Shown piece after piece: positions 23,732 through 37,370 of a stretch of DNA of 64,000 nucleotides. Origin of the DNA: Octopus sinensis (taxonomy: Eukaryota); the NCBI RefSeq assembly GCF_006345805.1, contig NC_043004.1, positions 72,912,001 through 72,976,000 on the forward strand. The letters run 5' to 3'. Each line of letters begins with the position of its first letter. The first letter of the stretch is position 1. Both the position numbers and the translations under genes were made by a program. Below the pieces are notes generated by a model. That model did no database searches, had not been told where the DNA came from, and saw only the letters and a list, made by a program, of their open reading frames with translations.

Positions 23732-24700
23732 TTTCATTTATTTGCCACTTGGACGAAAGATGAGGGGGACAAAACAAAGACAGGCATAAAGTGTGTGGGG
23801 GGGGTTACATATAATCAAATGATAAAAAAAAGTGAGTATACACTGAAAAAGAAGGAATATATGCATAGCAATAGCATACAAAGCTAAGAGAAAAAGAAAA
23901 TGGCGGGGTGGATGATAGAGATGTGGCCCTCCTGATAGAGGAAGGCCTCTAAGGATAATCGAAGAACCTCACTGTCCGAGATTTCCCTGAAAGCTCAAGA
24001 GCAAGTGCCTTCCCCAATTCATTCTCTCCAACTCACAAGTCTACACTCTTTCCACTTTCGCAACTTTCACCAAACTTTCATTAAACTCACTCGAGGACAT
24101 CGCTTCACTCTCCACTCTCAATTTCCTTTTCAAGGGAAACTTGAAGAAGTGAATGAGAGCTCTACCGATGAGGAATTTATCTGTCCTCATGCCTTTCAGC
24201 CTTGTCCACCAAACAAGTTCTTTCGCCACAGCCACCAGGCAAAGGAAAACTGCTTTGCCTGCCTGATTGAAGGAGGGCGGCGGGGCGATCATCACAACAA
24301 ACGCGGCTGACAGACGGATCCGTCCCACACATGACAGCAGCTGTTCGACATAACCCCACAAGGCAGCAATGCTCAGACACTGAACGAGGGTGTGCAAATC
24401 AGTTTCGTCACTCTACGAGCACCTCGGTCAAGCCGTGCCTGTAGAGTTTATCACGAACCGGTAGCGCCGCCTGGTAGCACTGCCACACCAAGGTCATCTG
24501 GATATTATCCATGATAGTTGCCAACCGGAAAGTCCTTCGGAATAGACTAGCCAATTTGTTCTCGTCGGCGCCCAGAGTCTCACCGAGAACGTCGTCGTAC
24601 TTTACTGCCACTAATCCTCTATAAATTTCTAAAGCGGAACATCCACCGATCCCATTGTCCGACAGGGATCAGTGGATGTTAGTCGGGAAGTTTCAAATTT
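23732..24700 (-). mobile_element. 5'-truncated L1/Tx1-type LINE (ORF2 C-terminus plus 3' UTR)
   Basis: YRGLVAVKYDDVLGETLG...WQCYQAALPVRDKLYRHG (zf-RVT-like) and HTLVQC...LVWWTRLKG...FFKFPLKRKLRVE. AATAAA at 23737-23742 is followed by an (ATC/ATT)n tail. Confidence 0.8.
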
Positions 24701-24805
24701 TTCCACAAGAGCAGCAATTTATCAGACGGGTAGTAAATGATGGGTATCATGGGCTTCATACATTTCTACTCCAGGATCACTTTAATAATAATAGTTGTTG
24801 CTGTG

Positions 24806-24871
<66 letters not shown>

Positions 24872-25454
24872 CCACCGATTCGGCCGTCTATCACACACAC
24901 ATTGTTGCTATGTGAGCCAATGAGAGGCCCGCTGTATAATAACTCGACCTAGTCTCCTTCAAAATACATCATATCGTTATAAAAAGAAATTACACATTAG
25001 ATATTGCAGTCCTACATATCCTATGTTTGAAACAGAAAAGAGTAACCTCTGGAACATCTTTAATTATAGTCCTGTTTATATAGGATTAACTTCGGGGTAA
25101 ATAACAACTGTTGTTATAATAAAACCTGGGAGCTTTAAGTCAAAATAGCGTACACTTTATATATGAAAGTTTTGCTTGCCATTTTCTCAATGTCTTTTCT
25201 GTAATTGATACTATCGAATCTCACCTTTATTACCTGGCACACGCGAAACACCTGCAAGCTGATTTCAGGTGACGAATGAGGAATAGAGAGGGAACAGCGA
25301 AAGGCCTTTGAGAGGACATGAATGATTACTTAAGGTCTTTTATTGACTGTCAATTCTAGTCAACTGTAACGTCCTACAAATTCTCTCTAGTTGTGTTCTA
25401 CTCAACACTTCATACACAGTCGTTCTTATCTTTCTTGTCACATAAGTAGTGTGT

Positions 25455-25503
<49 letters not shown>

Positions 25504-26160
25504 ATCTATCTATTTTACACACACACATAATAAGTTTAAAACTTGTTAAAAGGCCGAAATGATGCAAAAGAATAAACTACAGTAGTAAAAAGAACAGAGC
25601 AACAGTTAATTCCAATCTGCATATATCACTATTTAAGCAAAGATAACAGCTCTAAACCATTTCCCATTTCTCCAACTGTCGTGAAATATTGAAGAAATAC
25701 AAAGTAAAACATTAACTGTTTTCCTGTTTTTATACCCCACCACATAGCAGTTCGACAAAATGATCGCAATCCAGTGACTGAAAGACTGGAACGGAAAGAG
25801 CTAAAACGGGAACAGATTATATCAATTATAATAAGATGTATCACTTTTAACGATATTATCAAGATAGCACCACTCCTAGTGACGCTGTTTACGTACCATG
25901 TCTAATATATCTTGCATTACAATTGCACTTCACTTTGTGATTCTTTAAAAGCGATACACTTTTTTTTTCTTTTTTTCAAGAATTATTTTCTATTTTCGAT
26001 GACAACAGATTCTGAACAACATTTAACAAGATACACCATATAACAGTATAAAATAATCTCGTTCTGTAAATAATGACTATTACCAACGCATAATTATACG
26101 ATAAGAATATCTGAATATTCTTCAGAGCTATGTAACTCTAACATTACTTTATTATTATAG

Positions 26161-26232
26161 ATAGCTACTGTCGGAAATGCAGAAACTCCAGACGTCGGTT
26201 AAATTCTAAGAAATTTTGCAAGAGAGATTACG
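26161..26232 (+). CDS. Netrin: Netrin exon, start of the NTR/C345C domain (72 nt, phase 1-1)
   Basis: Acceptor TTTATTATTATAG and donor TACG|GTAAGT. Translates (D)SYCRKCRNSRRRLNSKKFCKRDY(A), matching the netrin motif C..C...KK(F/Y)CK(R/K)DYA. Too short for the ORF track. Confidence 0.95.
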
Positions 26233-26539
26233 GTAAGTGGTACCTTTTTTTATATATAATTTTCGAATACTTTAATTAATGCTTTGATTGCAGAACGAAA
26301 AAAAAAAAGGGATCTTTTCAGTTACATACATTAGATCCGACTGGTTTGAAAAGTTATGTCTACACAGATGTAAATTTTCGTTCTAATTGCGAAAATCATA
26401 TTCCATTGTTGGAGAAAATAAAAATAATGTTATGAATTTTTAAAAATTGGGATTTTGGAGATCTTCGGTCAATCAAGAAGCGCACATTTTCGATACGACG
26501 GATGCAGGAACTGTTACGTTCACTTGTAGAATGAAGCCG

Positions 26540-26592
26540 AAAGATATATGGAAACTGCTAGAAGCCCGTCGTATATATGTATATATATATAC

Positions 26593-26645
<53 letters not shown>

Positions 26646-26650
26646 ATATA

Positions 26651-26702
<52 letters not shown>

Positions 26703-26925
26703 GTGTGTGTATATGTTTGTGCGTCTGTGTTTGTCTCCGCAACATCGCTTGACAACCGATGCTGGTGTGTTTGCGCCTCCGTAACTTAGCAGTTTGACAA
26801 AAGAGACCGATAGAACAAGTACTAGGCTTACAAAGAATAAGTCCTGTGGTCGATTTGCTCGAATAAAGGCGGTGCTCCAGTATGGTCACAGTCAAATGAC
26901 TAAAAGAAGTAAAAGAGTAAAGGAA
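26540..26925 (+). mobile_element. SINE family B, 5'-truncated
   Basis: GAAGCCCGTCG-(TA)n-CATCGCTTGACAACCG...GGCGGTGCTCCAG...AAAAGAGTAA. Confidence 0.88.
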
Positions 26926-27664
26926 TATATATAAATATGTATATGTAGATAGATATAGATATAGATGCACACACACACATACATACATACGTATATATAT
27001 ACGTATATATATATATATACGGGGGTGAGGGTGAGTCTGTGCATGTAAGTCGGTACGCGTGTGAAATCTTGACAGCCAATCAGTAATCAAGGTCAGCCGT
27101 AGCGATAAGAAAGACTCGGTTTTGGCCAGACGCTGTCAATTATATTAAGTCTTGTTTGTAATATGATTTACAATAGTCGGACGGTATACAGAGACACCAA
27201 ACCACAACTGTGTGTGCAAACATACATGTATACACGTACGTGTGTGTGTGTGTGTTTGTGCATGTGCAAACAAACCCACATTCGCACACATACACACTCA
27301 CACATTCAGCTTCCAGCATGCAAATACACGAACATACATATGCGTACGATCTTAGCTACCGAAATATATATATATATATATATATATATATTCGCGGGTT
27401 ACATTTTCGTAGCGAGAATAAATATGCTTTTCCACATATATATTCTGTATGATATCTTTATGAATATTCGAATCAGCACTAAGGAAGGAAATCAGACGCC
27501 ACCAACATTTTTTTATTTAATATGACAACATTATGAAATCTATGAATTCCTATAACAAGGTAAAAGATCAGTATGACATAGAAGGTGATGTATGAACTAT
27601 CATCACCTACAAAAATCAATCATAAAGATCTTGAAACGTCGCCTTGAATATAAAATAAGTAAAT

Positions 27665-27900
27665 AAATGCGTCCTTTCAAAGCCTAGCCAGGTTCATGGG
27701 TCCGGTTTTCCCGGTTTCAATGGCGTATGTGTTCTCCAGCTGGACGGGACGCCAGTCCATCGCAATGTTACTCATTTTTGCCAGCTGAGTGGACTGGAGC
27801 AATGTGAAATGAAGTGTTTTGCGTCGATCAGTCCAGGAATCGAAACCACAATCTTACGATCATGATGCTGACACCCTAACCACTAAGCCACGCGCCTCCA
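27665..27900 (-). mobile_element. CORE-type SINE with a different 3' tail from 2199 and 22057
   Basis: Same head and core (CCAGTCCACTCAGCTGGCAAAAATGAG), but the tail is GAAACCGGGAAAACCGG...GGCTAGGC. Confidence 0.75.
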
Positions 27901-27981
27901 CACCTTAAATTTACTTTATTAATACAGATATTTTGTGTTGAAAACACCTTTTGCAGAAGCTTGAAAGAACGAACAGCATAA

Positions 27982-28014
<33 letters not shown>

Positions 28015-28025
28015 GTGTGTGTGTG

Positions 28026-28058
<33 letters not shown>

Positions 28059-28989
28059 TTGTGTGTGTGTGTGCGTGCGCGTGCGTGCGTGTGTGTATTA
28101 TTCAATGACTGTCTGATTCGGCTTCATGCAACTTAATATTTGGTGGGCTCGTGAAACGAACCTAGCTCGTCAGGCTAAATTCCTGCGTCAAACCAGTGTA
28201 CTGGCTTCTTTAATCTTCGGTACCTGTTGACATCAACTATTTGTAATGACACATTTAAGAGTTAAGGCTGAAGGCAAAGCACACAGTGACTCGACTGTGT
28301 CGAATACGAACATTCAATCATGCTACTTAGTAATCTGATACAATACTGACTTTCACCTGCATTTTTTTCTCTAGAACTTACACTCACCCATTCTCTCTCT
28401 ACCCATCACTCTTCCACTACTTTCTCCCCCCCCCCCCCCACATATATAAGCATTTGTGCGTATGCAGTGTCTGCTATCACGAACGAAATGAGTTACTAAA
28501 ACAATTGCTTCCGGACCATGTGATACAAGGTTCGAACCCAGTGCGTTACACCAATGCCAAGAATCTTCTACCATAGCTTTGCGTCAACCAAAGTCTCACG
28601 AGTGATTCACACTATGTGGATATATATATTAAAGGATCTATTTCCATTCTTAGCTGCTTCATTTGATCCGTCAATTGATCCGTCATGCTTTCACGCCGTA
28701 TGTTCAGATGTTAGCATTGCTTGCAAAGTGTGTGCGTATTTACGACAGTCATAAAAAATCCGGGTGTATAATGAAACTTTGGGCATTTTTTCTTCCATTT
28801 CTCACTGTAAATCATGTATGATGTAGTAGAAGCGTACAGCTTAAAGGGAACACACTTGCTTTCTGGTTGTTTTTAGCGGATTGCAGTATATTGCGATCAT
28901 TTGAGGCAAGTTTTCGATTGGAGAGTAACTTCCTCCTCTCCTCCAACTTATCTCAAATTCATAACAAGGAAGTGGGATAATGTAACAGT

Positions 28990-30320
28990 CACCCCTTTTC
29001 TAAAGATAGGGCTTTTACGCAGCACCGACACGGGTGCGTTTACGTGGCACCGGTACAGGTGCTTTTTATCTGGCACCAGCACCCATGAACCTGCAAGGTT
29101 AGGAATGCTCAGCTGGAGAAGGATGCAGGGGACAGACTGTATGCAAGGGCAACCACGTTTTACTAGCTTGATGTATCTTTCCAAGCACAGCAAACCGCCA
29201 CGAGTCCCGATCCCCAGTCATCCCTTCTGTGAGTCCCAACGTCAGTGGATCGTTTCTCACCCCTTCGCCCCACGTGTTCCTGGGTCTATCGCTTCCACAT
29301 GCTCCCCCTACAACCAGAGATCAGCACTTCTTGGTGCAACTCTCTTCATACATACGCATTACATGGTCATACCATCGTAGTCTTCTCTCTTGCACACTAC
29401 ATTTGAAGAAATCACTTACACTCTGTCACGTATGTACACTGACATTGTCCATCCATCGGAGCATACTGGCTTCATTTCTTTCAAGCCTTCGCATGTCCTC
29501 AACAGTCACAGCCGAGTGGAGGCGCAATGGCCCAGTGGTTAGGGCAGCGGACTTGCAGTCGTAAGAACGCGGTTTCGATTCCCTGACTAGACATTGCGAG
29601 TATTTATTAAGCAAAAACACCTAAGCTCCACGAGGCTCCAGCGGCGAGGGGTGAACCCTGCTGTTCTCTTTCACTACAACTTTCTCTCACTCTTTCTTCC
29701 TACTTCTGCCACAAAGCAGAGGAACCATGGTGTAACCCACTATGGTGTGGTAAACTTTCAGATCCTAATCTAGATTGCGAATCCTCTGTACCCCAGGATG
29801 GTTCACTTCTCCACCCGATAAAAAGCCACCGTTTATGGAATGAGGATAACAACGTAGCTTTCACGCCCATGCAACCGCCAGTCTATCGCGTGTGGTGGGT
29901 GGATCTTCAAGTTGCCACACGCATTCTTAGAAGCTTAGAGTAGGCTCGAATTAGAGATTATTCTTTTTGGCTAATGGCGTGATGCCTGATTGGAAGAAGA
30001 AGAAGAAGAAGAAGATGAAGAAGGAGGAGGAGGAGGAGGAGGAAGAGGGGGAGGGATGAGGAGGAGGAGGAAGAAGAAGAAGAAGAAGAAGAAGAGGGGG
30101 AGAAGAAGAAGGAGGAGGAGGAGGAGGAGGTGGAGGAGGAGGAAGAAGAAGAGGGGGGAGAAGAAGAAGAAGAAGAAGAAGTCACAGCCGATGCCGTTCG
30201 TACCCAGGTATCATACAACCTACTTTTCACTCAGAGGGAGAGGCCCTTCGTTACTAACAAAGGTAGTAGTTCTCTGAACTTCTCCCAGCCTATTCTTATT
30301 CTAGCAGCTACGATTATGTT
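28990..30320 (-). mobile_element. RTE-clade LINE 3' fragment, interrupted at 29516-30179
   Basis: VAARIRIGWEKFRELLPLLVTKGLSL*VKSRLYD...AVT on the right of the insertion; AVTVEDMRRLERNEASMLRWM...QERRLRWYDHV...RPRNTW...DRDSWR on the left. Confidence 0.85.
29516..30179 (+). mobile_element. ~660-bp tRNA-headed retroposon with (GAA/GGA)n tail
   Basis: tRNA-like head (TGGCCCAGTGGTTAGG...GGTTTCGATTCC) and a 12-bp TSD AGTCACAGCCGA at 29504-29515 and 30180-30191. Confidence 0.85.
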
Positions 30321-30963
30321 TTAAAAATCCCCCCATTATATTTTTAGAATTAAGCATTAAGAGGAATTGTACAAAAAGAATTGTTAAAATATTTGGTGCA
30401 TAATTGAAGTAGAATCAATTTATTAGGTATAGATTTTAACCAAGAAATCTGATTGTGGACCCCGATCGGTCATATGGCCCCGTGTTGAGAACTACTGATG
30501 TAGAGGCCCCCAACTGGATCTTCCATGATTCTCCTTAGGTGGGTAACATTAAAAGAAAAAGCATGAGCCTCACAACACAACGTTATGTCTCGTTAAATAT
30601 GGTAATATATTTACCATGTAAAGAATGAGGTGCTCGTGCGTACGTGTGTGTATATAGATGTAGTTCTTGATATATGTATGCGTACCTGCTTTGCGTGTTG
30701 AATGGCTTGTCAGATGAATATCTGTGTGCGTGCGTGTGTGTATGTGTGTGCGTGTGTGCATGCTATGACGGTTTGTTATGTTAATGTATGCTTGTATTGT
30801 ACGTACACTGTATGTATGAGGACGCGCTGGACGTGAGAACTTATGCGATGTGTGCTATTTGTGTATGTAGAAGCATGAGTTTGAGCATATTTTGGTGTGT
30901 GAGTATGAGAACGGTGGGGTTGTATACGTTTGTGCGCATCTGTAACTCTGTGTGTGTGTGTGT

Positions 30964-31003
<40 letters not shown>

Positions 31004-31301
31004 TGTGTGTGTGTGTTTACTGTTAAATATTAAAATTTACTCCGCAATGAATGCAATGAATATTTAAATTTGCGAAAAATTGGAGTTCAAAAACTGAATA
31101 AACTTCAGAAATCGCAACTATAGGAAATTTGTTAGAAAATGAATTTATAAAAATATTTCCAGGTAGTCAAACCTTTAATAATTGCTTTCTTTTAGTAATT
31201 TTAGTAACTGATAAATACCTAATTAATAAGCAGCTTTCTCCATTATAATATAGAAATATACATTATCTATCTATCCATCCATCTATCTATCTATCTATCC
31301 A

Positions 31302-31353
<52 letters not shown>

Positions 31354-31391
31354 CATTAGTCAGTCTGTATGTCTGTCTGTCTGTCTGTCTT

Positions 31392-31448
<57 letters not shown>

Positions 31449-32384
31449 CGAGCTTGCTAGTTATCAGTCAATCAATCATTCGTTCTATCTATCTATCTAT
31501 CTATCCATCAGTCAGTCTGTATGTCTGTCTGTCTGTCGGACTGCCTGCCTGCCGGTCAGTCAGTCAGTCTGTCTGTCTGTCGTAGAATGTGTAGAGTGCT
31601 GTATGCATATATGTACGGATGGTGTGTGTGTGTGTTTAATAGTGCCTAACTATGTAATCCTGTTCGTGTTTCTGTATGTGTGGCTGTGTGCTACGTGCGC
31701 GCCTGTCTGTATATATATGAGTGTATGTGTGTGTGTATTTATGCGTGTATATATGTGTTCGATATATATATATATATATATATATTAGGGAGAGCGGTAT
31801 ACAAAGAGAGAGACAGACAGACAGAGAATGAGAGAGTGTGTGTGTGTCTGTGTGTGAGAGAGAGCAGTAATTACAGTAAGTTAGGTCATGTTCTTTCCGC
31901 AACATTGGCCATACCTTCGTAAACATCTCCTCCTGCTCCTCCTCCTCTACAGATCCCTGTTCCCCCACCCTCCACAAAAACCTCATCATCTCACCGAGCA
32001 ATCTTTCTCCCTTTCTCTTGCTCTAATCTCGGATGTCCCCTTACGTGTTAGAGAGAAGTGACAGGCCATAAGATACAGGATATTACAACAGACTGTTTGT
32101 TCCTTATGTTCTGGCTTTGTTAGTCACCGGATTGAACCCCGTCCAAACACCTTTGGAGCTTTTGCAAGTATGTGTGTACGTGTATATGTGTGTATTGGTG
32201 ATTGTGGTATGTGCGCACGTGTGCATGTGCGCGCTTGACTGGACGTGCATGTGTTGTGCAGTGTTATGGGTTAGATTGGTTGATATGAAATAAAATGAAT
32301 AGATTACATACTCACCCACACATGTACACAAAGGCATGTATGTGTGTGTGTGTGTTTGTGTGTATGTGTGTGCATATGTATACA

Positions 32385-32780
32385 TACATATACTTTTATT
32401 TGTTTCAGTCATGTAACTGCGGCCATGCTGGAGCACAGCCTTTAGTCGAGCGAATCAACCCCAGGACTTATTCTTTGTAAGCCTAGTACTTATTCTATCG
32501 GTCTCTTTTGCCGAACCGCTAAGTTACAGGGACGTAAACACACCATCATCGGTTGTCAAGCGATGTTGGGTCGACAAACACAGACGCACAAACATATACA
32601 CACACATACATATATATACGACGGGCTTCTTTCAGTTTCCGTCCACCAATCCACTCACAATGCTTTGGTCGGCCCGAGGCTACAGCAGATGACACTTGCC
32701 CAAGGGGCCACGCAGTGGAACTGAACCCGGAACCATGTGGTTGGGAAGCAAGCTACTTACCATACAGCCACTCCTACGCC
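32385..32780 (-). mobile_element. SINE family B, full-length
   Basis: Both halves and the internal (CA/TA) tract are present. Confidence 0.9.
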
Positions 32781-33589
32781 TATGATGTATATATATATAT
32801 ATATATTATAGGTGTATTCTTCGTATAGAAAACAGTTTGTAGTACTCAAGATATTTAGACTTGACCAGGTATATAAGTATATGTAGGGCTAAGCAAATTA
32901 AACAGATCTATATATAAAGTATATTAAATACATGAAATACAAAAAATGTATATATGTTTACATACGAAAAGGTTCGACTTACACAGAGCACCAATGATCT
33001 AGAGAATTAAAAGGGTTGGAGCAAAGTATTACAAATCCAACAGCTGTTTCTGGAGGGGCTATGGAAATAATATATATTTGGTGGTCCCAAATAATGTTTG
33101 TAGATTGATTTCATCGTAGGATGAGATGAGCTTCCGTCTTCAGGGAAGAGATCTTTACATTTGAGGTGTTAAAGGAAAGAAGTTCAAGTATAACTTGCTT
33201 ATCTTTACATTTACTTCTCTATATGTATACACACACACACATACACACACGCCTGTTTGTCTGTCGTCTGTCTCTCTCTTTCTCTCTCTTTCTCTCTCCC
33301 CCCCTCTCTCTCTCTCTATATATATATATATAGTGCATGTATTATTCTTTATTTTTACGTTTGTTCTCTCACCACTTAACAACTGGTGTTAGTTTGTTTA
33401 CGCACCCGTAACTTAGCGGTTCTGTAATAGAGACCGATTGGATAAAAACCAAACTTAAAAGAATAAATTCGATTCAACTCTTCAAGACGATACCTCAGCA
33501 TGACTGCAGTTAAATGATCGAAGAAAGTGAAATTGAATAAAAGAATGAAATGTGTCTACCGAATAAATGATGAAAGTTCTTTTTTACTC

Positions 33590-34190
33590 TAGGCACAAGG
33601 CCCGAAATTTTTGGGGAGGGAACCAGTCGATTAGATCGACCCCAGTACGCAACTGGTACTTAATTTATCGACCCTGAAAGGATGAAAGGCAAAGTCGACC
33701 TCTGCGAATTTGAACTCAGAACGTAAAGACAAACGAAATACTGCTTAGCATTTCGCCCGTGTTCTAACGTTTCTTATTTCTTTACTGCCCACATGGGGCT
33801 AAACATAGAAGGGACAAACAAGGACCAACGAAGAGATTAAGTCGATTACATCGACTCCAGTGTGTAACTGGTACTTATTTAATCAACCTCGAAAAGATGA
33901 ATGACAAAGTCGACCTCGGCGGGATTTGAACTCAGAACGTAACAGCAGACGAAATACCTATTTCTTTATTACCCACAAGGAGCTAAGCACAGAGAGGACA
34001 AACAAGGACAGACAAACAGATTAAGTCGATTATATCGATCCCAGTGCGTAACTGGTACTTATTTAATTGACCCCGTAATGATGAAAGACAAAATCGACCT
34101 CGGTGGAATTTGAACTCAGAACGTAACGGCAGACGAAATACCGCTAAGCATTTCGCCTGGCGTGCTAACGTTTCTGCCAGCTCGCCACCT
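33590..34190 (-). mobile_element. Trimeric SINE family A copy
   Basis: Head plus three core units with two junction types. Confidence 0.9.
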
Positions 34191-34679
34191 TTAAATGATG
34201 AAAGTTATAATTACTTTAAGGAAATGATGTACTCTTAAGAATGGTTTAGTTCTCTAGAACACGGAGCTACTATATGGAGGCATTTTATAGGACATGTCGT
34301 AGTACATAATTTTTTTATTGCTGATATCATTGTTGTAATGAGCAGATTAAAGCCATTCCAGATTAAAGGCATTCCAACCAAGACCATCTCGCCTTTCCAG
34401 TCATAGTTTATCATAAGCGATGTTACCTAATATACCTAGTTCATAGCGTATCTTATATGATCCAGGGTCATTAGATGAAGGTTTAATTGTTATTTCTTGC
34501 AAGTCGAGTGAAAGCGTAAGGCAGTTGTTCATATTCACGAGCAAGTACTTGAGGTGGGGGGACACGAGCTAAGTCTGGGATCGGAGGGAAAACTAATTTA
34601 TTTAATGATTCTTCCAAAGAAGACTGCAAATTAGGGTTGATATTTATTTATTGAATGAACCTAAAAGTTTTAAAAGGGT

Positions 34680-35060
34680 GAAGCAAGCAACCTCTTTCTG
34701 TCACTTGGCGATCAAATAAAAAAAAGATACGTGTCTCAAAAATTTTGTTTGAAAATTGCAACGCTGCATTTTGTCTGGAATGTAAAGCTTTTTGCAGGAA
34801 AAATAATTTAATTTTCAAAGTTCCTCTTCATTCGTAACAATACTGCTGGTCATCTTAACTCAATGATTTTTGAAACTAATGAACACGTCACAGTTTTAGC
34901 GTCCAATATGGCTGTCACAACCTTGAACAAAAGAACAATAGATTTGTTTAAGACTTAATATCTGTGAAGAACTTTCTCACAGGCAATTAAAGCTACGACA
35001 TATGTTATTACTCTTAAAGAATTTTAGAGAAAGAAATTCCTTCAAACAAGCAATCTAATA
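34680..35060 (+). pseudogene. Highly degraded Tigger/pogo (DDE_1) transposase relic
   Basis: Patchy frames: PLSVTWRSNKK, CKAFCRKNNLIFKV, IRNNTAGH...VTVLASNM and TIDLFKT*YL*RTFSQAI. These match the pogo/Tigger pattern LPV.W.SNKKAW...LL..DNA.GH...LPPN...G.I..FK..Y. Confidence 0.6.
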
Positions 35061-36436
35061 TATTTATGAGCCGCCAGAAGAAAGACAACTAGCTGCATGA
35101 GAGTTTTTAAAAATCTAGTAGGCAAAGCCTTTGATGAGATTGCTACGGTTAGGAAAGACCTTCTCTTCGATGTTGAATCGGGTAATTTATTAGCTTTGCG
35201 TTGAGCGAGTTAAGTAACGAGGATCACAGTGAAAGCTTCGAAGGAAAGAAATGAAGAAGGAAAGAAAGAAAGGAAAATATCGCAAAAGAAATAATAAGGA
35301 CAGAACTAGATGAATTTAAAGAGAATACAGTGTCTGTCAGACAACGATTAAAGGGTATGGATTGAACGTTTATAGAATGAGGCTCACTTTCCCAGGTTTA
35401 GATAATGAAGCTGCTTGTTATCGCCAATTGTATTTACAAAAAAGTGAAAAACAAAATAATTTTTTCTCTGAAATAGAAGCTTTAAAATAATTCCAGATTC
35501 AAGCTTAATTATAAAAGGGAAGAATATTTATTTCCATTTATTGAAGTTGATGAAGGGCAGAAGATCAACTGAGAAAACGCGTTATTTCTTAAGGCTGAGT
35601 TGCATCAGTTGGTTTAAATCAACTGAAACCGCCTTCTCCACGGAACCCTGGAGTTCGTAAGCAAGCTACTTAACACACAGCCACTCTTACGCTTATATAC
35701 GTGTATGTATGTATATATATATATATGTGTGTGTGTGTATGTGTGTGTGTGTGCGCGCATGTATGTATGCATGTGTATATGCATGAATGCATGCATATGT
35801 CTATGCAGGCATGTATGTATGCATGCATGTATGTATGTATGTATGTATGGATGGATGGATGGATGGATGTAAGAACTTATGAATTCGTATCTATATACAC
35901 TCTCGTGCCATTCTAAATGGTGTTAACGAGGAAGTGCTGTTTTAGTGTGGACTAGAATAATGTGCTGAGTCACTGACCTCTCATCTGACTCAGCAGTGAA
36001 ATAGGGAGGTCAGTGAAAGGTGAGACTGCAATGAAATGTTCATTTGGATGTTCACCGATGCGGAATACAATTGCTATTCATTGAGATAAAAGATGTGAGT
36101 GTCGGCAGATTTTGAAAGTTGATAAACAAACCGTAGCCTTATGAGTGACTGATTTATTACGAGACTGTCATTTAAGACGCGGAGAAGATAGACGGATAGA
36201 CAATCACTGTGCATACATGCACACACACATACATACAAACATACATACATACAAACATACATATATATATATATATACGCATATACACAAATATATTTGT
36301 GTGTGTATGTATATTACATGTATGCATATATGTAGGTATATTTATAGGCATATATGTGTGTATAGGTATATTTATATGTATTCATGTATATGTATATATA
36401 TGTGTGTGTGCATGTATGTATATATATATATATACG

Positions 36437-36469
<33 letters not shown>

Positions 36470-36632
36470 GTAGTTGTTTATCTGCTTATATATATAAATA
36501 CATACGAACATACATACATTGATATACACGTACATACACACATTTATATATTTATACATATATATATGCATATATACATATATAGATATATAAATACATA
36601 TATATATATATGTATGTATATATATATAATAT

Positions 36633-36698
<66 letters not shown>

Positions 36699-36898
36699 TG
36701 TATGTAAATGTGTGCGTTAAATTTTTAGATATATATATAGACAGGGAAGAAAGCGAGACAAGCAAGCAGACAGACGTAGATATAGACAGAGAGAGGAGAC
36801 AAATCATTTCTCAATCAGACTAAATCAGTTACGCAAAAGAGTCAATACGTTTATCAAATCAAGCGAACCATTTTACAGCACATACACGCACGCCCGTG

Positions 36899-36929
<31 letters not shown>

Positions 36930-36930
<1 letters not shown>

Positions 36931-37152
36931 TACAATCATTTGACTGCGGCCATGCTGGTGTACCGCCTTTAGTCGCGCAAATCGACCTCAGGACTTATTC
37001 TTTGAAAGCCTAGTACTTATTCTATCGGTCTCTTTTGCCGAACCGCTAAGTTACGGGGACGTAAACACACTAGCATCGGTTGTCAAGTGATTTCGAGGGG
37101 ACAAATACAGACACACAAGCATACACACACACACAAACACACACACACACAC

Positions 37153-37187
<35 letters not shown>

Positions 37188-37370
37188 CATACATACATAT
37201 ATACGACGGACTTCTTTCAGTTTCCGTCTATCAAATCCATTCACAAGGCTTTGGTCTGCCTAAGGCTATAGTAGAAGGCACTTGCCCAAGGTATCACGCA
37301 GTGGGACTGAACCCGCAACCACGTTATTAGTAAGCAAGCTACTTACCATACAGTCACTCCTGTGCCTATT
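36930..37370 (-). mobile_element. SINE family B, full-length
   Basis: Both halves and the internal microsatellite are present. Confidence 0.9.

Noticed and set aside
29516-29590. tRNA-like sequences here and at other SINE heads
   Set aside because: They continue into SINE bodies and tails and lack a complete cloverleaf, so they are not tRNA genes.
30330-30497. hAT-like end GTTGAGAACTACTG
   Set aside because: The apparent left TIR at about 30266 is native RTE coding sequence (RELLPLL), so there is no matching end or 8-bp TSD.
33035-33150. Minus-strand CTGAAGA and GAAACAGCTGT (palindromic stem III-like) motifs
   Set aside because: Possibly a decayed Penelope-type hammerhead, but I could not build consistent stems I and II around an intact core.
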